In this document: positions 1-6,951 of the stretch, piece by piece | Position numbering within the stretch: position 1 is the first letter of the stretch | Layout: each line of letters opens with the position of its first letter | Source of the DNA: Myxococcales bacterium | GTDB lineage: Bacteria > Myxococcota_A > UBA9042 > JABWCM01 > BTVJ01 | Assembly: GCA_045863395.1 (NCBI GenBank) | Contig: BTVJ01000084.1 | Location: forward strand, 1-33,077 | DNA: 33,077 bases | Direction of reading: 5' to 3' | Program-made: the position numbers and the translations under genes | The notes under the pieces: model-generated | What the model saw: only the letters and a program-made list of their open reading frames with translations | What the model was told of the DNA's origin: nothing | The model's database searches: none

Positions 1-108
1 AGGAGAGGCTCAGGGGGGTGCCGCCCGAGGAGAGGCTCAGGGGGGTGCCGCCCGAAGAGATCCTCAAGGCGCTGACGCCCGAACAAATCGTCAAGGCGCT
101 GACGCCCG
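1..108 (+). repeat. Four tandem 27-bp coding repeat units
   Basis: 1-27 and 28-54 are identical (aggagaggctcaggggggtgccgcccg). 55-81 and 82-108 form a second related pair (..tcaaggcgctgacgcccg). Confidence 0.9.
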
Positions 109-143
109 AAGATCGGGAGCGCTTGCGGCGCTTGCTGCACTGA
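1..143 (+). CDS. 3' end of a hypothetical protein with a C-terminal 9-aa repeat (EERLRGVPP-type); 5' truncated
   Basis: The frame starting at base 3 reads ERLRGVPPEERLRGVPPEEILKALTPEQIVKALTPEDRERLRRLLH* with TGA at 141-143. It is absent from the ORF track because the start lies outside the window. Confidence 0.8.
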   Translation, partial: ERLRGVPPEERLRGVPPEEILKALTPEQIVKALTPEDRERLRRLLH

Positions 144-220
144 CGCCGAACGTCCCGCTGGGGTGGCTCGGGACCACTGGCCATCCACCGTCGTCGCCTC
201 GCCCCCATCGGCCCGCTCAG

Positions 221-985
221 TCATCCGGTCTCGACGCGCGGAGCCCAGGTCCGGTCGTCAAGGTCCAGGACCAGGCGGCCGTACCTGGGATTCTCCTCGA
301 CGCCCTTGTAGCCGTAGGGGTTGGCGACCAGGCGGCACCCGCCGAGGCTCGTCCAGATGGAGTCGTGGGTGTGGCCGAAGATCCACAGGCGGGGGCGCGA
401 GACCAGGGCGTCGGGCAGAGGGCAGACGAAGAACCGGTTGAGCGGGTCGCCGGCCCACCGGGGTGCCACGCAGGCGGGGTGGGGCAAATGGTGGGTGACG
501 ACCACGTCGCTCGGGCGCACGGCGGCATCGAGGAAGGCGGCCGAGGCCCTGTTCGCCTCGTGGACCCACCCGCGGAAGCCCTCAATCACGCGAAAGTCGT
601 TGAGGAACGGGGCATAGAGCGCGTCTCTCTCGTCATGGGGCGGGAACCACAGCGTGGCGCCGACGAAGCGCACCCCGCCGATGTCCACGGCCCCGTCGTC
701 GAGCCACGCGAACGTCGGGAGGCGGTCCTCCAGCCCGTGGAGGAGGTCCCGGACCCGCTCGCGGCTGCTCCCATAGTACTCGTGGTTGCCGGCGACGAAG
801 ACGACCCGGGGATACCGGGCGCAGAGCCCCTCGATGGTCGCCTTCAGTGAGCCGTCCCGCTCGAGCCCCAGATCGCCCGCGACCACGAGCACGTCCACAC
901 CGTGGGGATCCCGCGACTCGACGAAGCCGCGCCCGCCGTCGCCGTGGAACTCCACGTGGATGTCGCTGAGGATCTGGACCTTCAC
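221..985 (-). CDS. Metallophosphoesterase (calcineurin-like superfamily)
   Basis: Motifs SDIH, AGD, GNHE, THH and GHTH in canonical order. GTG start preceded by GGAGG. Confidence 0.92.
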   Translation of the reverse strand: MKVQILSDIHVEFHGDGGRGFVESRDPHGVDVLVVAGDLGLERDGSLKATIEGLCARYPRVVFVAGNHEYYGSSRERVRDLLHGLEDRLPTFAWLDDGAVDIGGVRFVGATLWFPPHDERDALYAPFLNDFRVIEGFRGWVHEANRASAAFLDAAVRPSDVVVTHHLPHPACVAPRWAGDPLNRFFVCPLPDALVSRPRLWIFGHTHDSIWTSLGGCRLVANPYGYKGVEENPRYGRLVLDLDDRTWAPRVETG

Positions 986-1021
986 GGCGCCTCCAGAGTC
1001 AGGCTACGGGCCCGGTCACGG

Positions 1022-2644
1022 CTACGCGAGCGCGCGCATTCCCGGCGCCTCGCGGCCCGTGCTGGCGACATACTCGTCGTAGGTGCCGCCGTAGAGGTGG
1101 GGGCCGGCCGAGGAGAGCTCCAGGACGCGGGTCGCCAGGGCGCGCAGGAAGGAGCGGTCGTGGCTGACGAAGATGACGGTGCCCTCGTAGCTCACCAGGG
1201 CGCGGGTCAGGGCGCGCTTGGTGATCAGGTCCAGGTGGTTGGTCGGCTCGTCGAGCACCAGGAGGTTCGGGGCGTCGTAGAGGATCTTCGCCAGGGCGAG
1301 GCGGGCCTTCTCGCCGCCGCTCAGCACCGCGATCTGCTTGTCGACGTCGTCGCCGCTGAACCCGAAGGCGCCCGCCAGGTTGCGGAGCGCGCCGATGCCC
1401 GCGGTCGGGGCGTGGGCCTGGAGCTCCTCCAGGATCGTGTGGCTCCCGTCGAGCTGCTCCATCTGGTGCTGGGCGAAGTAGCCCATGACCACCGAGGCGC
1501 CCAGCTCCACCGAGCCACCGTCGGGAGCGAGGGCGCCTGCAATCATCTTGAGCAGCGTGGTCTTGCCGGAGCCGTTCTCGCCCATGACCGCCCAGCGCTC
1601 ACCCCGGCGCACGATCAGATCCAGGCCGTCGTGGACGATGCGTGACCCGTAGGCCTTGCGGACGCCGCGCACCTTGACCACGTCGTCGCCGGAGCGGGGC
1701 GGCTTGCGGAAGTCGTAGCTGCGCTCGACGATCCGGCGGGGGGGCTCGACCCGCTCGATCTTGTCGAGCTTCTTCACGCGGCTCTGCACCTGCGCGCTCT
1801 TCGCCGCGTGGGCCTTGAAGCGCTCGACGAAGCGCATCTCCTTGGCGACCATCGCCTGCTGGCGCTCGTACTGGGCCTCCCGGCGCGCGGCCTCCTCGGC
1901 GCGCTGCTGCTCGTAGAGATCGTAGTTGCCGCCGTAGACCCGCACCTCGCCGCCGTCGATCTCGATGATCTTCTTCACCACGCGGTTCATCACGTCGCGG
2001 TCGTGGCAGGTCATGACCAGGGCGCCCGGGGCGTCCCGCAGGAAGTCCTCCAGCCACAGGATGGACTCGATGTCCAGATAGTTGGTCGGCTCGTCGAGGA
2101 GCATCACGTCCGGACGGGCGAGCAGGATCCTCGCCAGCGCCACGCGCATCTTCCACCCGCCAGAGAGACGCCCCACGTCCCCCTCCACCTGCTCCGCGGT
2201 CAGGCCCAGCCCGGCGAGGATGGTGTGGGCCCGAGGCTCCAGGTCATAGCCGCCGAGCTGCTCGAAGCGGCCCTGCACCTCTCCGTAGCGCTCGATGACG
2301 GCGTCCAGATCCTCGCCGGCCTCCGCCATGCGGTGCTCCAGCGCGGCCAGCTCCTCGTGCAGATCCGCCACCTCCCCCGCGCCGGCCATCGCCTCGGCGA
2401 GCACGCTGCGCCCCCGCCAGTCGCCCACGTCCTGGCGGAAGTACCCGATGGTCAGCCGGCGCGGGCGCTCGATGGTGCCCTCATCGGGCTGCTCCTCGCC
2501 CATGATCATGCGAAAGAGGGTCGTCTTGCCGGCCCCGTTCGGGCCCACGAGGCCCACCTTCTCGCCAGGGTTCACCTGGAAGCTGGCGTCCACGAACAGG
2601 ATCTGGCCGCCGTACACCTTGCTCACACCGCTCCACGCGATCAT
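1022..2644 (-). CDS. ABC-F family ATP-binding protein (two ABC cassettes, no TM domain)
   Basis: Walker A GPNGAGKT and GENGSGKT, signatures LSGGWK and LSGGEK, LLDEPTN/VLDEPTN, and an inter-cassette helical linker. Start moved to ATG 2644 (MIAWSGVSK) with a GAGGAG RBS; the longer ORF-track start is out-of-frame sequence inside the upstream gene. Confidence 0.95.
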   Translation of the reverse strand: MIAWSGVSKVYGGQILFVDASFQVNPGEKVGLVGPNGAGKTTLFRMIMGEEQPDEGTIERPRRLTIGYFRQDVGDWRGRSVLAEAMAGAGEVADLHEELAALEHRMAEAGEDLDAVIERYGEVQGRFEQLGGYDLEPRAHTILAGLGLTAEQVEGDVGRLSGGWKMRVALARILLARPDVMLLDEPTNYLDIESILWLEDFLRDAPGALVMTCHDRDVMNRVVKKIIEIDGGEVRVYGGNYDLYEQQRAEEAARREAQYERQQAMVAKEMRFVERFKAHAAKSAQVQSRVKKLDKIERVEPPRRIVERSYDFRKPPRSGDDVVKVRGVRKAYGSRIVHDGLDLIVRRGERWAVMGENGSGKTTLLKMIAGALAPDGGSVELGASVVMGYFAQHQMEQLDGSHTILEELQAHAPTAGIGALRNLAGAFGFSGDDVDKQIAVLSGGEKARLALAKILYDAPNLLVLDEPTNHLDLITKRALTRALVSYEGTVIFVSHDRSFLRALATRVLELSSAGPHLYGGTYDEYVASTGREAPGMRALA

Positions 2645-2691
2645 CGGTCTCCTCGCATCTTCCGGGGTCTCGCCGCCTCTCGGGCGGGCGC

Positions 2692-2720
2692 AGGGTAGCG
2701 GGTCGAGGGGGCCGGCGCAA
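2692..2720 (-). promoter_or_regulatory. Putative sigma70-type promoter for the ABC-F gene
   Basis: TTGCGC-N17-TACCCT on the minus strand within the 83-bp gap after the aminopropyltransferase stop. Confidence 0.4.
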
Positions 2721-2727
2721 CGCGGGA

Positions 2728-4299
2728 TCAGTCGTAGAAGCGCTTGTACCCCTCCTCGTACAGCCGCACGAGGGGCTGGTCGTCGAGGTCGTTCACCGGG
2801 GAGTCCACCTCGGCGGTGTCCTTGCCAAAGACGAACATGCGCTGGACGACCTCCGGGGTGACATATCGCGTCTCGACCCCCATGTGCATGGCCGCAGGCT
2901 CGATTGCGCGCTCGGACGCCAGCACGAAGCCCCACTCGCCGAAGCTCGGGACGTGGGTGGTGTAAGGGGCGACGTGGAGGGTGCCTCCCCCCCGAGGCTC
3001 CACGGCACGCAGAGTGTGGACGATGCACCAGAAGGCCGCGCGGGTCTCGAAGGGGCTCGTCGCCTGGGTGACGAACACCCCTTGGCGGGACAGGCGCTTC
3101 AGGGCGAGGCGGTAGAACTGGCGCGAGTAGAGCTTGCCCACGGCGAGGGTGTTGGGGTCGGGGAGATCGGCGATGATCACGTCCCATGCGTCGGTGCCGT
3201 CTGCCAGGAAGCCCATGGCGTCCGTGTTGACCACGCGGACGCGGGGGTCGTGGAGGGAGCGGCCGTTGATGGCCGCCAGGATGGGTCGGTCGCGGAAGAG
3301 CCGCGTGATCTCGGGGTCCAGGTCGACGATCACCACCTCGTCGGGTCCCCACTTGAGGATCTCGCGGGCGGCGAGGCCGTCCCCGCCACCGAGCACGAGC
3401 ACGCGGCGGGCGTGGGGGACGAGCGAGAGGGCCGGGTGGACGAGAGACTCGTGGTAGCGATACTCGTCCACACTCGAGAATTGCAGGTTCCCATCGAGAT
3501 AGAGCCGGATGTCGTCGCGCCAGCGGGTGATGGTGATCTTCTGGTATTGGGAGTCTCGCGTCAGGATGACGTCGTCCTGGTAGAGCTCCTGCTCCAGAGC
3601 TGCGCTGAGGGGCTGGGCGAACACCAGGAGCCCCCCTAGCAGCGCGGTGGCGGCGGTGGCCCCGGCGACCAGCGGGCGCAGGGAGCGGCCGATGGCCTCC
3701 CGCAGCAGCCAGAGCGTGATCCAGCCGACGCCCACGTTGGCCAGGCCCGCAAGAAGGCCAGCGCGGATGAGGCCCGCCTCGGGGACGAGCACGAAGGGGA
3801 ACAGCAGGGACCCGAACAGGGCGCCGAGGTAGTCCGCGGAGAGCACGTTGGCCACGGAGACGCGGAGCTGCGTGCGGTGCTGGAGGATGCGGACCACCAG
3901 CGGGACCTCCAGGCCGATGAGGACGCCCGTGGCGATGACCAGCCCCAGGAGGACGACCCGGTAGGCGGACGTCAGGGCAAAGGCCGCGAACCCGGCCACG
4001 CCGATGACGCCGCCGACCACACCGACGAGCAGCTCCACCGCGACGAAGGCCGCCACCAGGGAGCCCCGGACGTGCTGAGACAACCAGGACCCGACGCCCA
4101 TGGCGGACAGGAAGATGCCGACGACCAGGGAGAACTCGGTGACCGAGCTGCCGAGGAGGTAGCTCGACAGAGCGCCAGCGAGCAGCTCGTAGACGAGGCC
4201 GCAGACCGAGGCCACGGCCATGGCGACGAGCAGGACGACCGCGGCGCCACGGGGCGGGGCGGACTCACCCGGTTCTGCGGTCTCTCCCCTCTCAGCCAT
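2728..4299 (-). CDS. speE: Polyamine aminopropyltransferase (spermidine synthase family) with N-terminal multi-pass membrane domain
   Basis: About 7 hydrophobic helices followed by SQYQ, LYLDGNLQF..DEYRYHE, VLVLGGGDG, DVIIADLPDP and PSFGEWGF. Confidence 0.93.
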   Translation of the reverse strand: MAERGETAEPGESAPPRGAAVVLLVAMAVASVCGLVYELLAGALSSYLLGSSVTEFSLVVGIFLSAMGVGSWLSQHVRGSLVAAFVAVELLVGVVGGVIGVAGFAAFALTSAYRVVLLGLVIATGVLIGLEVPLVVRILQHRTQLRVSVANVLSADYLGALFGSLLFPFVLVPEAGLIRAGLLAGLANVGVGWITLWLLREAIGRSLRPLVAGATAATALLGGLLVFAQPLSAALEQELYQDDVILTRDSQYQKITITRWRDDIRLYLDGNLQFSSVDEYRYHESLVHPALSLVPHARRVLVLGGGDGLAAREILKWGPDEVVIVDLDPEITRLFRDRPILAAINGRSLHDPRVRVVNTDAMGFLADGTDAWDVIIADLPDPNTLAVGKLYSRQFYRLALKRLSRQGVFVTQATSPFETRAAFWCIVHTLRAVEPRGGGTLHVAPYTTHVPSFGEWGFVLASERAIEPAAMHMGVETRYVTPEVVQRMFVFGKDTAEVDSPVNDLDDQPLVRLYEEGYKRFYD

Positions 4300-4540
4300 G
4301 AATGGCGGCGGCGAGGATGATCGAGAGGCCGAGGAGCACGGCCCCGATCACGATTCCGAGAGCCGTGTTCTGGTCCTCCTCGATCTCTTTTCGCAGGCTG
4401 AAGGGTACGATCTTGTTGATGATCCAGAACGCCACGGCGAACAGCGCCAGGCCGAGGGCGGCGTAGACCACCGTCCCGAGGAGCGTCTCCACGAAGGCGT
4501 CCGAGCCGAAGCCGGCCGCCGCGATGATGCCGTGTGTCAT
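4292..4540 (-). CDS. DUF350 family small membrane protein
   Basis: 82 aa with two TM helices and the pattern INKIVPFSLRKEIEEDQNTALGI. GGAGG RBS. Typical position directly upstream of the membrane speE. Confidence 0.88.
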   Translation of the reverse strand: MTHGIIAAAGFGSDAFVETLLGTVVYAALGLALFAVAFWIINKIVPFSLRKEIEEDQNTALGIVIGAVLLGLSIILAAAIHG

Positions 4541-4561
4541 GTTGCCTCCAGATTCATAGGG

Positions 4562-4780
4562 TTACTTGCCGCCCCTGTATCCGCCGCCGACGAACAGCAC
4601 CCGACCCCCGCGGGAGTGGCCCGTCTTGGGCGACCCCTCGCGAACGCTCTTGGCCTCCACCGTCGCCCGGGGCACGCCGACCGCGTTCACCGTCGCCCAG
4701 ACCGTTCCGGCCGCCCCTCCAAGGAGCATGAGGATCACGACGGCCGCCGCGGGCGCCAGCCCTCTGTGTCGGGACTTCAT
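4562..4780 (-). CDS. Small single-TM protein with a Gly-rich tail ending GGGYRGGK
   Basis: 72 aa, N-terminal hydrophobic helix, C-terminal ..GGK. It fills the gap between the DUF4178 and DUF350 genes without overlap. Confidence 0.8.
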   Translation of the reverse strand: MKSRHRGLAPAAAVVILMLLGGAAGTVWATVNAVGVPRATVEAKSVREGSPKTGHSRGGRVLFVGGGYRGGK

Positions 4781-4804
4781 GGGCGCCCCCTGGTGTGCGC
4801 ACGC

Positions 4805-6871
4805 TCAGTCATCGTCATCGTCGTCTCCCTTGCGCTTGCGGACGAAGTTGAGCCGGTGGACGCCCAGGGCGATGAGCAGCGCGGCGGCGGCGGCCAGAAA
4901 GAGGCCCGCCCACTCCGCCGTCATGGCGCCCTCCAAGACCCGCGTCTGGATCGGTGGCTCGAAGGTGGGGTCAGGGTCCTCCTGGTCGCCGTGCCCGGCC
5001 TCCGCCTCGATGCCGATGCGGTAGGTGCCGGCCTTCTCGACGCGCAGGAGCGCGTTGTCCGACAGGTTGCCCTCGGTCCAGGACTCGCCGTCCTCCACGC
5101 CATGGAAGTAGCTGAGCTGAGAGGACCACTCGCTGACGACGCCGCCCTCCTCGTCGAGGAGCGCGGCGCGCAGGTAGACCCACTGGTTGTCGAGGCTCGG
5201 GGTGTCGAAGACCACCTCCAGCGTGACGTCGTCCCGGCTGACGACGAAGGTGTCGCTCTGCTCGGGCTCGTCGTAGGCCTCGTCGAAGGCGAAGGTGGCG
5301 ATCTGCACGCCGGCGCCCAGGGTCCAGACCAGCAGCGCGATGGCCACGACCAGCGCGACGGCGGACGCCACGAGGATCTGGCCCGCGGCCCGAGGGTACG
5401 GCTGGTGCGGGGCGACACCCTCGGGGCGCGGCAGGCGGCTCGGGTCGGCCACCGCCGCGCGCAGCTCGGGCTGGGGCAGATACTCGGCGAGGGTCCACTC
5501 CACCTCGCTGGAGTCGCCGCGGGAGGCCCACTCGGCGCTCAGCATGTGCGGGGGGCGCGCGTACTCTGCGGTGCGCACGCGGTCACCGACCATCGCCACC
5601 CACGGGAGCTCCCCCTCGACCCACAGGATGCGCGCCGTGCACTGCTCTGCCAGGGTCCAGCGCTCGCCACGCCAGGTCAGGGAGTCCACCGGGGAGCCGG
5701 CGTCCGGGCCGCTCACGACCTTGACCCCAAGCGAGGCGTGCCCGTCAGAGAACTCCAGCCACGCGTGGCCCGCCTGCTCGCTGAACAGCAGGACTTCGTC
5801 CCACCGGAAGGTCTCGCTGCCGCTCTGGCCCTCGTATTGCGCCCAGCCGGTCGCCTCCCACGTCACGCCGCGGAGGGTGACGCTCGAGCCGAGGGGGATC
5901 GGGGGGCGCGGGCGCGCCTGGGCGAGCTTCGCAAGGACGGTGGGCACGCTGGACCGGAGCGAGATCAGGGCGCCGCACGCGCACGTGGCGACGCCCGCCT
6001 CGCCAGAGCGGACGGGGACCGGGGCGGCGCAGGATGGGCACGTGACCGACCGGGGGCCCAGCTCCTCCACGTGGTCGCAGTAGGGGCACCGGACGCGGTC
6101 TGGGACGCCGCCCTTGGAGTCGACCTCCATGCCGCCGCCGCAGCTCGCGCAGCTCACGGCCCGGACGGCCCCAGAGAGCTGCGTCAGCCGCTCCGGGGCG
6201 TCTCCGGCGGCCTTCCGCGCCACGGGGAGGTCGTCCGCGAAGCCGTCCGCCTCACGCTCCTGATCGAGCCGCAGCTCCCCCGGGCGCAGGATCTCTCCCG
6301 CGAACAGCCGCGGGCCGTCGGCGTCTCTCTCCAGTGTGGCGACGGCGTGATCGGGCCCCTCCAAGTCGACGAACGGGACCGCCTCCCCCTCCACGGCGGC
6401 GAACGGGAGCTGGCCCTCGCCGCCCTCGCAGCGCCCGGTCCCCTGCTCCGTGACGCGCCAGGAGCGCCCCCCGGCAGTGATGATCGCCCCTGGCAAGAGC
6501 GACGCGACGTCCACGTCGGGCGCGCCGTCCAGCGGCCGCTCCAGTGAGAGCTCCCCCTCGTCCTCGCTCAACCAGATGGGCTCACCGTCGTCTCCCGCCA
6601 GGAGCCACTCGTCCCAGAAGCCGCGCGACCAGCGGTAGCGGACGCGCCCGATGGCCGTGAACCGGCGCCCCTTCACAGCACCGGTGCCGCCCACCCAGAG
6701 CCGGCTGCGGGCCGCCGGCAGCACGGACATGCGGCCGGCCACCCGCGCCGCGCCCTCGCCGAACGTCACGACGGAGCGGCACGCGCCGCACACCGCCATG
6801 TGGGAGAAGCGGCGGTCCACCGGCACCGGGGAGCCGCACTGGGGGCACTGGATGGTCGCGTGCTCGGCCAT
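4805..6871 (-). CDS. DUF4178 domain membrane protein with Zn-ribbons
   Basis: N-terminal CPQC..CGAC. Two repeats of the G-x-x-x-Y..W-D-E-(W/V)-L-L..W-L-(S/E) pattern. Central CASC/CPYC/CPSC/CAC. Two C-terminal TM helices. Confidence 0.87.
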   Translation of the reverse strand: MAEHATIQCPQCGSPVPVDRRFSHMAVCGACRSVVTFGEGAARVAGRMSVLPAARSRLWVGGTGAVKGRRFTAIGRVRYRWSRGFWDEWLLAGDDGEPIWLSEDEGELSLERPLDGAPDVDVASLLPGAIITAGGRSWRVTEQGTGRCEGGEGQLPFAAVEGEAVPFVDLEGPDHAVATLERDADGPRLFAGEILRPGELRLDQEREADGFADDLPVARKAAGDAPERLTQLSGAVRAVSCASCGGGMEVDSKGGVPDRVRCPYCDHVEELGPRSVTCPSCAAPVPVRSGEAGVATCACGALISLRSSVPTVLAKLAQARPRPPIPLGSSVTLRGVTWEATGWAQYEGQSGSETFRWDEVLLFSEQAGHAWLEFSDGHASLGVKVVSGPDAGSPVDSLTWRGERWTLAEQCTARILWVEGELPWVAMVGDRVRTAEYARPPHMLSAEWASRGDSSEVEWTLAEYLPQPELRAAVADPSRLPRPEGVAPHQPYPRAAGQILVASAVALVVAIALLVWTLGAGVQIATFAFDEAYDEPEQSDTFVVSRDDVTLEVVFDTPSLDNQWVYLRAALLDEEGGVVSEWSSQLSYFHGVEDGESWTEGNLSDNALLRVEKAGTYRIGIEAEAGHGDQEDPDPTFEPPIQTRVLEGAMTAEWAGLFLAAAAALLIALGVHRLNFVRKRKGDDDDDD

Positions 6872-6879
6872 GGCGGCGG

Positions 6880-6931
6880 AGGATACACGCTCGGCGACCG
6901 GTTGCGAAGGCCCGCGCGCACGTCGTAAGGT
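6880..6931. promoter_or_regulatory. Putative back-to-back sigma70-type promoters with overlapping -35 boxes
   Basis: Minus strand: TTCGCA(6908-6903)-N17-TATCCT(6885-6880), 8 nt from the ATG at 6871. Plus strand: TTGCGA(6902-6907)-N18-TAAGGT(6926-6931). Confidence 0.45.
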
Positions 6932-6951
6932 TGGCGTGGGGGCGAGGGTTG

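Noticed and set aside
1..108. 27-bp repeats as a possible CRISPR array
   Set aside because: The units are directly adjacent with no spacers, keep the reading frame and encode a peptide repeat. No cas genes are present in the window.
221..2644. ABC-F and metallophosphoesterase as part of the polyamine system or as an antibiotic-resistance ABC-F
   Set aside because: A separate promoter candidate precedes ABC-F, and nothing in the sequence lets me assign a resistance subfamily without a phylogeny.
2645..3352. 236-aa N-terminal extension of ABC-F in the ORF track
   Set aside because: It overlaps speE in another frame and is Arg/Pro-rich noise. A good RBS precedes ATG 2644.
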